Assembly (NCBI GenBank): GCA_963767925.1
Contig: CAVYGB010000009.1
Coordinates: 160,001 to 224,000 of the forward strand
Direction: 5' to 3'
Source: an uncultured delta proteobacterium
Lineage (GTDB): Bacteria; Myxococcota_A; Polyangia; Fen-1088
Length of the DNA stretch: 64,000 bases
Shown here: positions 31,501 through 41,665 of the stretch, piece after piece
Position numbering within the stretch: position 1 is the stretch's first letter
Layout of the letters: every line of letters starts with the position of its first letter
Notes under the pieces: generated by a model
The model's database searches: none
What the model saw: only the letters and a program-made list of their open reading frames with translations
Told to the model about the DNA's origin: nothing
Made by a program: the position numbers and the translations under genes

Positions 31501-32190
31501 TCAGGGGGGCGAGAGGCGTTCGGTCTCGGGGCGGGAGTGGCGGATGTCCTCGCCCTCGACCATGAACACCACCATCTCCGCCACGTTGGTGGCGTGATCG
31601 CCGATGCGCTCGATGTGCTTGGCGATCGACTGCAGGCGGGTCGCCTCGAAGATGGTGCTGGGGTCGTCCTTCATGCGGACGAGCAGCTCGCGCAGCACCT
31701 CGTGGTACAGGCCGTCGAGGTCGTCGTCGCTGTCGAGCACCGCCCGGGCCGCGACCGAGTCTCGCTCGACGAAGGCCTTCACGACCAGCCTCACCATGGT
31801 GCGGGCGCTGTCCATCATCTGGACGATCTTGCCGTCGGCCACCAGGCGCGGGACCTCGGCCAGCTCGACCAGACGCTCGCAAACGTTCTTGGCCAGATCT
31901 CCGATCCGTTCGAAGTCGGTGACCATCTTGAGCACCGTCATGACGAAGCGCAGGTCGGTGGCGACGGGCTGCCGGAGCGCGAGGATCTGCATGCACAGCC
32001 CGTCGACCGCCAGCTCGGTCCGGTTGATGTCCCGATCGGCCTCGATCATGCGCTGGGCCAGCCCGATCTCGCGATCCTCGAGCGCCCGGTGGGCCCCCCC
32101 GAGGATGGCCTCGAGCTGGCTGCTCATGTGCGTCACCAGGTCGGAGATCCGCTCGAGCTCCGCGTCGAATTCTCTGTCGATGTGTTTCAT
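31501..32190 (-). CDS. phoU: Phosphate signalling protein PhoU
   Basis: RQPVATDLR, DFERIGD, HIERIGDHATNVAE; GGAGG RBS. Confidence 0.95.
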   Translation of the reverse strand: MKHIDREFDAELERISDLVTHMSSQLEAILGGAHRALEDREIGLAQRMIEADRDINRTELAVDGLCMQILALRQPVATDLRFVMTVLKMVTDFERIGDLAKNVCERLVELAEVPRLVADGKIVQMMDSARTMVRLVVKAFVERDSVAARAVLDSDDDLDGLYHEVLRELLVRMKDDPSTIFEATRLQSIAKHIERIGDHATNVAEMVVFMVEGEDIRHSRPETERLSPP

Positions 32191-35100
32191 CGGAGGTTGC
32201 CCGCATCCTGCCCCCCCACCCGCGACGCCACGGAGACACCCCCGCCACATCTTGGTGACGCCTCCAGGTCACCAAAGTGTCCCTCTCCCCCTCCACCCCC
32301 ACCCGCCCCCTCGCCACACCGCCCCTCCCGTGCACCTTGCTGCTCGATCCCAGGGCCCTCGCTGACGTCGCGCCGATCCTCGCCACAGCAAGCGGGTCCG
32401 CTGGGGCCGAGCGGGGCGGCCGGTCGGGGGCGGCGCCAGCGCCGGAGGCAGCGGGCGAGCGCGAGGGCCAGGGCGGACGCGATCGGGGCGAGCGAGCCGG
32501 TGGGGGCCGAGGGGCCGCCGAGCTGGCAGCCGCAGCCGCCGTCGCTGGCCGGGACGGCGCTGTCGCCGTCGGGGGGCAAGTCTTTCGACGTGTCGGGGGC
32601 GGCGTCGGGCCTGGGCCAGGCGTCGGGGGCGGGGTGGCCCGGGATCCGGTCGGCCCCCGCGTCGGGCAGGTCGGCGCCACCCGCGGTCGCCGGCGCGCAC
32701 GGAGACTCGGTGACGAACGGCAAGGGGGCGTCCGGCGATGGGGGCGTGTCGCCCGCGTCGCCGGCGACGGCGTCCCCTGCGTCGGCGCGGCTGTCGTTCC
32801 CGCTGGCGTCGGTGACGCCCGCGCCGTCCCCGTTCCCGTCCCATCCACCGACGTCGGGGGTCGCGGCTCCGTCCGGGGCCTCACCATCGGCGGCCGCGTC
32901 CCGGTCGACCGGGGCCGGGTCGAGGTCGAGGTGGACGGTCACGGCCCCGGCGACTCCCAGCTCCAGGAAATACTCGCCCACCCCGTGCGGTTCGGGCGCC
33001 ACCGCGCTCGTCGCGACCGTGGCCCGGGGCGCCCGGGGCGCGCCGAGGCAGAGGCAATCGGTGGTCCGGCCGGCGGCCAGGTCGACGCTGGCGGTCCGGC
33101 CGGTCCCCCGCACGGCCAGGATGCGCCGCTGCGAGCCGGTGATGGCGAGGTCGGGAGGACCCGGCAGCGGGCTCACCTCGAAGCCCGGGGCGGGTGAGCC
33201 GAACACGAGCCGGCCGCAGGTCTCGTCCCCGGACGGGGCGTACTGGTCGGCGCCGAGCACCACGTGGCCGGGCGGGGGCACGAGACAGAACCGCGTGAAC
33301 AACCCCGGGCTGGCCAGATCGATCCGCAGGGACCCCGGGCCGGTGGTCAAGGTGGCGAGGGCCTTCGACAGGTAGGTCACCCGGGGGATCGCCGCGGCGC
33401 CGTCTCCGGTCGCGGCCACCACGGTCAACGCCGCCTCCGCGGCGGGCGGCAAGATAATGGTATCGGCGCTGAAGGCGGGGTGGCGGGCGCCGTTCACCGT
33501 CACCTCGACGATCGGTCTGGTCGTGTGGAGGCGCAGGCCCATGCCCGCCAGGTGCACCCGCTGCTCGCTGGTGAGCCGCGACAGGTCCAGCGCGGTCGTC
33601 ACCACCCCGGCGCTGGTCTGCGCGGAGAGGGACGTGCGCTGGGCCAGGTGGATCTTGGCGGTCAGCTCGCCGATGCCGGGCGCGTAGACGCGCTCGCGGG
33701 CGAAGTGCGCGCGGGTGTCCGCGAAGAAGGTCGCCAGCGGCTGATCGATGGGGCGGCGGTGGGGAGGCGCGTTGTGGAGGGCGTAGTCGTGCCACATCTG
33801 GCTGTAGAGGGCGCCGCGCCCGACGCGTTCCTGGTAGTAGCGCAGGAGCTGGCGCTGGTAGGTCGTCGCTTCGGAGACGCGGTAGTCCCAGTCCGGCTCG
33901 TAGAACCACAGGTAGTCGGGGACCGGGCTGTCGCCCAGCAGCGCCACCGGCGCGGTGCCCGCGGGGAGATCGAACGCCGATACCCCGGAGGTGTAAGGAA
34001 CCCGCGTCTCGAAGCCGTGGGTGAAGAAGGTGTCGATGCCCTTGAAGAACCGGCGGTAGTCGACCCAGTCGATCCCGATGCCCGGGTTGATGAACACCTT
34101 CACCGGGGGCGAGGACGGGGACGCGCGATGGCTCCGGAAGTGGCTCTGGACGATCGCCACCGACTGCCCGACCTCCACGTCCCAGGCGGGATCGCTCAGC
34201 TCGACGCTCATGTTGTAGGGGTGGTTGTGCGAGTGGGAGGCCAGCGCCCCGCCCAGGCGCTCGAGCTCGGGGGCCAGGGGCAGAAAGCCGGCCCACCGGG
34301 ACTCCTGGGCGAAGGCGCTGACGATGGCGTAGGCGGTGGTCACCCCGGTCTCGCGCCCCAGCCGCACCAGGTGATCGAGCGCGGCGGCGGTGGCGACCGG
34401 CGAGTCGCTGCGATCCGCGTCCAGGCGCACGACGGCGGTCATCGGCGCGTGCGAGAGCAGCAGCCCGACGCTGGGCCCGTCGGGTGAGAGCAGCCAGGTG
34501 GCGGCGTCGACGAGGCGGGGCAGCAGCAGGTTGTCGAAGAACCCGCGCGGCAGCTCGTTGCGGAAGGGGGTGGCCACGCCAGCGTCGTTGGCGTAGGTCG
34601 AGATGGCCAGCACCCGGCCCGGGCTGACGCCGCCGCCGCCATCCGGCCGGGTGGTGACCAGGTAGGGGAACGTCGCCGCCCCGTGCGCCACCTCCAGCAG
34701 GACGTGCGAATCAGGCTGGGACCCATCGGCCAGCCGCACGATCTCGATCCCGCTGGCCAGCCCCTGGGTCAACACGGTCCCGGCGGCCCAGCCCGGCCGC
34801 GACGCCAGCGGGTGCGCCCCGGCGCCGGCGCGCACCACCCAGTCGGTCACGTTCTGCCATCCGACCGCCAGCAGGTTCAAGATGGGGGCGGTGTCCGCCG
34901 AGCCGCGGTACACCAGCGCGCTCGACCCGGCCGCCGGTGGCCCGAAGCTCCCGAGGGGACCGTCGAGCAGCACCGACCCGCTCAGCGCCAGGTGCGCCCG
35001 GAGAAAGGCGGCCAGGGCCGGCATGGTCGCGCTCTGCAGGACCATGCAGGTGCTGAACCAGACGCTGCTGTAGGTGCCGGCCGGCCGGGCCAGCAGCTCG

Positions 35101-35324
35101 TCCAGCATCACGGTCTCGTAGGGCGTCCCCACCAGCCCGGCCAGCCCGACCAGCGCCTGGCTGCTCATCTGGGCGTACCGCCGCATGTCCCGCACGTCAT
35201 AGGTGTCGCGGCACAGGACCACCGCGACCTTCGGGGCGTATTCGGCCTCGACCCGGGGTGCGGACAGCACCAGCGACAGGGCAAGGGCGGCCGACACGGC
35301 AAGGCCCAGCGGGCGATGTCGCAT
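32187..35324 (-). CDS. Secreted polysaccharide-deacetylase-like protein with MYXO-CTERM-like tail
   Basis: Signal peptide; VRLDAD, ASHSHNHP (NodB-like); Asp/Ala/Gly linker; GCGCQLG + TM + RRWRR. True 3' end uncertain. Confidence 0.7.
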   Translation of the reverse strand: MRHRPLGLAVSAALALSLVLSAPRVEAEYAPKVAVVLCRDTYDVRDMRRYAQMSSQALVGLAGLVGTPYETVMLDELLARPAGTYSSVWFSTCMVLQSATMPALAAFLRAHLALSGSVLLDGPLGSFGPPAAGSSALVYRGSADTAPILNLLAVGWQNVTDWVVRAGAGAHPLASRPGWAAGTVLTQGLASGIEIVRLADGSQPDSHVLLEVAHGAATFPYLVTTRPDGGGGVSPGRVLAISTYANDAGVATPFRNELPRGFFDNLLLPRLVDAATWLLSPDGPSVGLLLSHAPMTAVVRLDADRSDSPVATAAALDHLVRLGRETGVTTAYAIVSAFAQESRWAGFLPLAPELERLGGALASHSHNHPYNMSVELSDPAWDVEVGQSVAIVQSHFRSHRASPSSPPVKVFINPGIGIDWVDYRRFFKGIDTFFTHGFETRVPYTSGVSAFDLPAGTAPVALLGDSPVPDYLWFYEPDWDYRVSEATTYQRQLLRYYQERVGRGALYSQMWHDYALHNAPPHRRPIDQPLATFFADTRAHFARERVYAPGIGELTAKIHLAQRTSLSAQTSAGVVTTALDLSRLTSEQRVHLAGMGLRLHTTRPIVEVTVNGARHPAFSADTIILPPAAEAALTVVAATGDGAAAIPRVTYLSKALATLTTGPGSLRIDLASPGLFTRFCLVPPPGHVVLGADQYAPSGDETCGRLVFGSPAPGFEVSPLPGPPDLAITGSQRRILAVRGTGRTASVDLAAGRTTDCLCLGAPRAPRATVATSAVAPEPHGVGEYFLELGVAGAVTVHLDLDPAPVDRDAAADGEAPDGAATPDVGGWDGNGDGAGVTDASGNDSRADAGDAVAGDAGDTPPSPDAPLPFVTESPCAPATAGGADLPDAGADRIPGHPAPDAWPRPDAAPDTSKDLPPDGDSAVPASDGGCGCQLGGPSAPTGSLAPIASALALALARCLRRWRRPRPAAPLGPSGPACCGEDRRDVSEGPGIEQQGAREGRCGEGAGGGGGGEGHFGDLEASPRCGGGVSVASRVGGQDAGNLR

Positions 35325-35712
35325 GGGGAAACCAACGGCAGGTGCGCCGCGAATCTCGAGTACCCACCCCTCCGACCCCCCCCGCTGCAGCAGGCCCCTC
35401 TCCCACCCGTGCAGAAGAGCGACGACACCGAAGTCGCCGCCCCGCCTCATCTCCTCCTCTCTCTTCACTGCATCGAGGACGCGGTGAAGCGGGCGACCTT
35501 TCCGGCCGGCAGAGGCCGGATGTTCGACTGGGGCGGGGTGTCGGCGTCCCAAGAAAAAATCGAAGCAAGCCTCACCGAGAAAACAGCCCTCGATCTCCAG
35601 AACGAGGCGCTCTCATTGTCCACGTCCACCGCCCACGGCGATCGCCCGCGATCTTCCCGGTTAGGTGTTCGTGTCGTTCAATCGACCGGGATTTGCTGCT
35701 TCAACGGGCAAC

Positions 35713-35734
35713 GATAATGATGAAATTCATTTTC
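35713..35734. promoter_or_regulatory. Fur-box-like AT-rich operator in a divergent intergenic region
   Basis: GATAATGATGAAATTCATTTTC resembles the Fur consensus GATAATGATAATCATTATC. Confidence 0.4.
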
Positions 35735-36016
35735 TTAATCACATTGGCGGCGGGTTTGCCAATCACCGGGAGACGTCGCTGTGGGATCGAGCACCCGTGG
35801 ACGCCGAGATTGTCCCTATGGCCTACCGATCGTTGTGGGCTTTTCCCTGATTTGCGGCCCGGCCGGCAGGGATCCATGGGGCTTTCCAGCGTGGGTAAAA
35901 CGTTGGTCTGGACGGGGGCCGGCGATCGGCTCGATAATAGCCTCGCTTTGTGGGGTCCCTAATCAGCCAACGTTGGCCCCGCTCCGGCAGGGCCAATCCA
36001 GCTACGGAGGCAGCTC

Positions 36017-37846
36017 ATGTTCCCACGGCTCCTTGTGCTCACCGTCGGATCGATCGCTTGTTTGTCGTCCGTCGGGACGCCGGCTTTTGCCAGACCGTCT
36101 CGGGTGAACCAGATACCGAATGGATCCATCCGCGGGTGCTTGAACTGCCACGTCAGCCCCGAGGCGGGTGGCCCGCGCAACCCCTTCGGTCAGCAGATCG
36201 AATTCGGGTTCTTGAATCCACCCGGGCCCACCGGGGTCGTGGTCTGGGGCGCGTCGCTCGCCGGCCTCGATGCCGACGCCGACGGCGCGACCAACGGCGC
36301 CGAGCTTCAGGATCCAACCGGCGCCTGGAGCGTCGGCCAGCCGCAGCCGGGGGACCCCGCGCTGGTCAGCAATCCGGGCTTCGCGGAGTCTGACCAGACC
36401 ACCTTCGCCCCGATCGCCCCCCTCAGCGGTGTTTCGCTCAGGCTGAGGCTGATCGCCGACGGGCTGAACGCCCCGCTGGAGGCGAAGATGGCGCCGGGCG
36501 AGCCCGGACGCTTCTATGTGGTGAGCCAGGGCGGGCAGGTGACGGCCGTCGATCGACGCACGGCCGCGAAGACGCCGTTCGTCGACGCGGGCAACCGCCT
36601 GGTTCCGGTGGGCATCCTGGGGCCGGGGAGCTTCGACGAGCGCGGGCTGCTGGGGCTGGCGTTCCATCCCCGCTACCGGACGAACGGAAAGTTCTACCTC
36701 TACACCTCCGAACCGGTCGCGGGCGCGCCGACCTTCCCGACCACCTTGCCGGCCGGGGCCACCGCCGACCACCAGAACGTGGTCTCGGAGTGGCGGGCCA
36801 ACTCCCCGGGCGACCCGGCGGCGGGCGCGACCTTCGTCAAGGAGCTGATGCGCATCGACTGGCCGCAGTTCAACCACAACGCCGGTGATCTGGAGTTCGG
36901 CCCCGACGGCAAGCTCTACATCGCGACGGGCGACGGCGGCGGCTCCGACGACCAGGACGGTGACCAGAGCATCAACCCGCCCCCGGGTGTGATCGGCCAC
37001 CCCAATGGTGGCAACGCCCAGAACCTGAACGTCGTGCTGGGGAAGATCCTCCGGGTCGACGTCGACGGGAACCCGCCGAACGGGCGCTACCGCATCCCGA
37101 CGGACAACCCCTTCGTCGGTGTGCCCGGCGCGGCCGGCGAGGTGTGGGCCTACGGCCTGCGCAACCCCTTCCGCATGTCGTTCGACAGCGAGACCGGGCA
37201 CCTGTTCGCCGGCGACGTGGGCCAGAACGACATCGAGGAGGTCGACTTCATCGTCAAGGGGGGCAACTACGGCTGGAACAAGAAGGAGGGCACCCTGTGC
37301 TTCTTCCTCAACGGGATCTTGCCCGGGTTCGCTTCGCTGACCTGCCCGCCCGGGGTGCCCAGCGGGCTGATCGACCCCATCGCTCAGTTCGATACGCGCA
37401 TCGAGGGGTTCTCGGTGATCGGCGGCTTCGTCTACCGGGGCAACCGCTTCAAGGAGCTCAAGGGCCGGTACGTCTTCGGTGACTACTCGCGCATCTTCAG
37501 CTTCCCCAACGGTCCCGACAACTACGGCCGCCTCCTGTACCTGGAGGAGAAGAACCTCAGCGTGCCCGGGCTGAAGACCATCAAGGAGTTCAAGGGGCTG
37601 GCCGACGAGGCCACCCGGATCGGGCTGACGGACACCACCCGGCCGCCGCAGGCGTTTCCCCAGACCCTCTCGCTGATGGGGTGGGCCGAGGACCGCCAGG
37701 GCAACCTCTTCGCCCTCGGCAGCCGGAGCGGGCGCACCTTCGACCTGGAAGGTAATCGGCGCCAGGACGGCTTCATCGTCCTGCTCCGCCCGGACGACGG
37801 CGACGACGGCGACGAGCTGGAAGACGGCGACTGCTCGAAGGACTGA
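36017..37846 (+). CDS. Secreted glucose/sorbosone dehydrogenase-family (PQQ-type) beta-propeller with N-terminal CxxCH
   Basis: GGAGG RBS; signal peptide; CLNCH; ERGLLGLAFHP; NHNAG.L.FGPDG; AYGLRNPFR; DVGQ; GGNYGW. Confidence 0.9.
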   Translation: MFPRLLVLTVGSIACLSSVGTPAFARPSRVNQIPNGSIRGCLNCHVSPEAGGPRNPFGQQIEFGFLNPPGPTGVVVWGASLAGLDADADGATNGAELQDPTGAWSVGQPQPGDPALVSNPGFAESDQTTFAPIAPLSGVSLRLRLIADGLNAPLEAKMAPGEPGRFYVVSQGGQVTAVDRRTAAKTPFVDAGNRLVPVGILGPGSFDERGLLGLAFHPRYRTNGKFYLYTSEPVAGAPTFPTTLPAGATADHQNVVSEWRANSPGDPAAGATFVKELMRIDWPQFNHNAGDLEFGPDGKLYIATGDGGGSDDQDGDQSINPPPGVIGHPNGGNAQNLNVVLGKILRVDVDGNPPNGRYRIPTDNPFVGVPGAAGEVWAYGLRNPFRMSFDSETGHLFAGDVGQNDIEEVDFIVKGGNYGWNKKEGTLCFFLNGILPGFASLTCPPGVPSGLIDPIAQFDTRIEGFSVIGGFVYRGNRFKELKGRYVFGDYSRIFSFPNGPDNYGRLLYLEEKNLSVPGLKTIKEFKGLADEATRIGLTDTTRPPQAFPQTLSLMGWAEDRQGNLFALGSRSGRTFDLEGNRRQDGFIVLLRPDDGDDGDELEDGDCSKD

Positions 37847-37867
37847 GCGGCCCGCCCGACCAGGCCA

Positions 37868-38028
37868 CCCCCCTCACCCTCCCCTCTCCCCACGGCAGAC
37901 CGCGGGGAGAGGGCAAACGGGCAACGGGTAGCCCAACCACGGCGGATCTGCCCATGATGTGATCACCGCTCGCATGAGGATTGTTCGCCCTCGCCCCGCG
38001 GCAGCGGGGAGAGGGCGGGGAGAGGGGG
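37868..38028. repeat. Inverted pair of REP-like repeats between convergent genes
   Basis: CCCCTCACCCTCCCCTCTCCCC...GGGGAGAGGG (37868-37913) and CCCTCGCCCC...GGGGAGAGGGCGGGGAGAGGGGG (37988-38028). Confidence 0.7.
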
Positions 38029-38035
38029 CTGGGCG

Positions 38036-38749
38036 TCAGCCGACCAGGGCGAGCTTGAAGTCGGAGGTGGTGAAGGCGCCGGTGAGGACGGCGTGGGGGG
38101 CGCCGACGGTCATCGTCGCGGTGGCGTCCAGCAGGTCGAAGCGGCTGAGCGTTGTCGACATCAGGATGCGGCGCACGCCCGGTTGTTTGCTCGCGAGGTG
38201 CTTGAGGAGCTCGCGACCGTCGTCGGCGCCGAGGTAGAGGTTCACGATCGCGGTCCGGACCCGGGCGGCGATTTCCAGCACCTGGATCGCGTCCATGACC
38301 GAGGTCACCGCGAAAGAGGCGAACCCACAGCGCTGCGCCCGCTCGCGCAGGTTGCGGCAGGTCTGCTCGCTTCGATCCACGAAGACCACGTAGGCCTTTC
38401 GCATCTCTTCCAGCGCGGCCGCCACGACGGTCTGGATCGCCTGCTGATCACCTGCGGCCACGCCCAGGAAGACCACCGCGAAGACGGTCCGGTCGTGCTG
38501 GCGCCCCTCCCGGATCACCAGGGCGGGCGTCCGGATGAGCTCGCCGGTCGGGAGGGAGAAGGTCAGGGTCATCTCCTCACCCACCTCGACGGGACGGGCG
38601 CCCAGGAACAACGCGCCGTTCGCCGAGATGTTGACGGCCCGAAACTGCCCCAGCTTCGAACCGTCCCTGACCGCCGCCGCGCTGACCGCGATGGGGGCCC
38701 GTTCGTGCTGTCGCCTCTGATCGCTGACGGATTCGCCGAGCACCTTCAC
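38036..38749 (-). CDS. PilZ domain + degenerate receiver domain protein
   Basis: QRRQHER (RxxxR) and NISANG (D/NxSxxG); C-terminal REC-like region lacking the canonical Asp (IVNLYL). Confidence 0.8.
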   Translation of the reverse strand: MKVLGESVSDQRRQHERAPIAVSAAAVRDGSKLGQFRAVNISANGALFLGARPVEVGEEMTLTFSLPTGELIRTPALVIREGRQHDRTVFAVVFLGVAAGDQQAIQTVVAAALEEMRKAYVVFVDRSEQTCRNLRERAQRCGFASFAVTSVMDAIQVLEIAARVRTAIVNLYLGADDGRELLKHLASKQPGVRRILMSTTLSRFDLLDATATMTVGAPHAVLTGAFTTSDFKLALVG

Positions 38750-38938
38750 CTCAGGAAACGTTTTCTCTCAGCATGCATGGAGCCTGAACAAAGGCGACGG
38801 TGCCGCCCCACCGGCACCCCACCAATACAGGTTCTCCCCGAGGCGTGCGGCGTGTAGCGGAAGACCACACCTGCCGGTACGCCCACCTGTCCGCGTCGCT
38901 CCCGTGCACATTCGGCGCGTGGCTCAGGGGGCCGGCGA

Positions 38939-40088
38939 TCAGGGGACGGCGCCCAGGCGAGGGAAGACCGCCGTGAAGGTGGTGCCCGCCTCCAGCGACG
39001 ATCGCACGGAGGCGCGGCCACCGTGGGCCCTGGCGATCTCGTTCACGATGTAGAGGCCGAGGCCGACGCTGCGGGCCGGGTTGGCGTCCAGGGCACCGCG
39101 GGTCATGGGCTGAAACAGGCCCGGCTGAGCCTCGGGCGGGATCGGCGGGCCGAGGTTGTGAACCTCGACGGAGAAGGCGTCGGGCTCGACGCGCGAGCGC
39201 ACCGTCACCAACTCGCCGGGCTGGCCGTATGCGACGGCGTTGGACACCAGGTTGCCGATGAGCTGGGCCAGGCGGTTGCTATCCGCCGAGCAGAGGCCGC
39301 TGCCCGCGCGGACGTGTCGCAGGAGGCCGGGGTGGGAGAGGGCCAGCTCCTCGACGGCCTCCCCGACGGCCTCGTGCAGGTCGATCGGGGCGAGCGCGAT
39401 CTGGAGGCCCTTGCCGAGGCGGGCCTGGGTGAAGTCGAGCAGGTCGGCGATGAGGTGGGTGGCCCGCTCGGTGGAGCGGGTGATCCGGCTCAGCGTGCGC
39501 TGGTGGCTGGCGCTGAGATCCCCCCGAGCCAGCAGGGCCGCTCCCATCTGGATGCTCGAGAGCGGGTTGCGCAGATCGTGGCTCACGATCCCGACCATCT
39601 GCTCGGCGAAGACGGCGCGGTCCTTGGCCTCCGCCTGCAGCCGGGTGGCCTCGGCTACCAGCTCCTCGAGCCGCTTGCGCGAGAGCACCAGCTCCCGCTC
39701 GTATTTGTCGCGGTCCCGGGCGATGAAGGCGGCGATCTCGCAGACCCGGGCGCCCTGGTGCTCGCGGAGGAGGGCGTTGAACACGACGGGGATGGTGGTG
39801 CCGTCGCGGTGGAGCAGCTCGAGCTTCACCTCGGAGACGGAGCCTTGCATCTGCAGCAGGGGCGCCCAGTGCGTCTGATGGAAGATGCGCCCGCCCATGG
39901 TGAGCAGGTCCTGGAACCGGCGCTTCCCCACCAGCGCGTCGGCCGGCCGATCGATCCAGTTGCAGAACAGGCGGTTGACCCGGAGGATGGTCCCGTCGGC
40001 GGCGGTCTGGAGCAGGCCGCAGGGCGACGCCATCGAGCACCTCGAGCTGCTCGGGCGACAGCGGGCCCGGCCCGGAGGAGCTGTTCAG
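38939..40088 (-). CDS. PAS sensor histidine kinase with RsbP-like PAS (start uncertain; possible extra base near 40030)
   Basis: PCGLL...FHQTHWAPLLQMQG; SHDLRNPL; NLVSNA; VGLGL. Confidence 0.88.
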
Positions 40089-40892
40089 AGCCCTTCCTTG
40101 CGCAAGAAAGCGTCGATCGCCGCCGAGCAGGCGCCGGGCGAGCTGAGGTGGGGGCAGTGGCCGACGTTGTCGATGACGCTGAGGGTGCTGTGGGGGAGCG
40201 CGCGCTCGAGGTAGTCGCCGACCGTGAGGGGCGCGATCATGTCGTCGTTGCACTGGACGATGAGGGTCGGCGTGCGCAACCTGGGCAGCTCGGCCCGATG
40301 GTCCGAGAGGAAGGTGGTCCGGGCGAAGCGCCGGGCGATCTCGGGGTCGGTCCGGCAAAAGCTGTTGATCAGCTCCTGCGCTCAGCTCCGGCTGGTCGGG
40401 CGCCCCCATGATGGCGGGGGCCATGTTGCTCGACCAGCCCAGGTAGTTGCTCTCCAGGGTGTCGAGCAGCGATTCGATGTCCTGGCGGGTGAAGCCCCCC
40501 ACGTAGTCCCCGTCGTTGATGTAACAGGGGGAGGGGCCAATCATGAGCTGCGCGCCGAAGCGGCCGGGCGCCTTGAGGTCGGCCAGCATCCCGATCATCG
40601 CGCTCACCGAGTGGCCCACGAAGAGGGCGGGGCCCTGCCCGAACTCCTCGACGATCTCCAGCACGTCGTCGGCGTAGCCCTGCAGGGAGTCGTATTTCTT
40701 CGGGTCGTAGGCCGAGAGGTCCGACGCCCCGCTGCCCACGAGATCGAACAGGACGGTGCGGTAGCGGCCGGCGTAGGCCGGGGCCAGCAGTCGCCACATG
40801 TTCTGGTCGCAGCCGAAGCCGTGGGCGAAGAACACGGTAGCTGGCCCGCTGCCGGCCACCCGAACGTTGTTGCGAGCCTGGACCGTTGTCAT
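40085..40892 (-). CDS. rsbQ: RsbQ-like alpha/beta hydrolase, frameshift near 40380
   Basis: FAHGFGCDQNMW, GHSVSAMIG, SPCYIND; frame change restores ELINSFC...GHCPHLS. Confidence 0.85.
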
Positions 40893-40976
40893 CGGGGGCA
40901 AGATAACGCGAAAAGGCCAGCGCGAAAGCGCCATCCCGAAAAGACCAGGGGAAGAGCCGCCCCGACCGGCTGCGTC

Positions 40977-41462
40977 TCAGCGGGCGGTCTTGTCCTTTTG
41001 CCAGCGCTCGAGCTGGCCGCGGGCGGTCTGGCGGGCCCGGGCCATCTGGGCGTCGTGGTCGTCGCGCTTGGCGGTGAGCTCGATGACGTAGCCGCTGGGA
41101 TCGCGGAAGTAGATCGAGTCGATGAAGTCGTGGTCGGAGATGCCCCGGGGAGACATCCCGGCCTGCTTGCCCTTCTCGAACATTGCCAGCAGGTCGTCGC
41201 GGCTGACCTCGACGGCGATGTGCAGGTCGAAGTCGTGCTGCTCCTTGAAGTCGAAGGGGCGGTCGGGCGCCTCGAAGAACGCCAGGCAAGACCCGTCGTC
41301 CATCCCGTAAAACGAGTGCAAGGTGTGCGTGGGGCGTCCGCTCTTGGTCTCGGTGATCTCGAAGGCGTTGACCAGGGGCAGACCCAGGAAGTCCTCGTAG
41401 AACCGCCGCGTCTCCTCGGAGTCGCGGCAGCGGTAGGCGTTGTGGTGCAATCCCTTGATCAT
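40977..41462 (-). CDS. VOC/glyoxalase family protein
   Basis: GLHHNAYRC, LHIA, SIYFRDPSGYVIEL. Confidence 0.9.
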   Translation of the reverse strand: MIKGLHHNAYRCRDSEETRRFYEDFLGLPLVNAFEITETKSGRPTHTLHSFYGMDDGSCLAFFEAPDRPFDFKEQHDFDLHIAVEVSRDDLLAMFEKGKQAGMSPRGISDHDFIDSIYFRDPSGYVIELTAKRDDHDAQMARARQTARGQLERWQKDKTAR

Positions 41463-41665
41463 GATCAGATCGCGTTGAAGGGTTGGGCCTTCACGGTCCA
41501 CGAGACGCCGGCTCGGCGCGCAGACGATCAGCGCGCGGGTGGCACCCAGCTCGCCCAGCCGACCGGCCAGGCGGGCCAGCCCCTGGCGGGCGACGATCCT
41601 CTCCCGGCTGTGCGCCCATCTCGGTCCGCATCATGGCAGGACTGGCCCGGCGACACCACCGGCGC

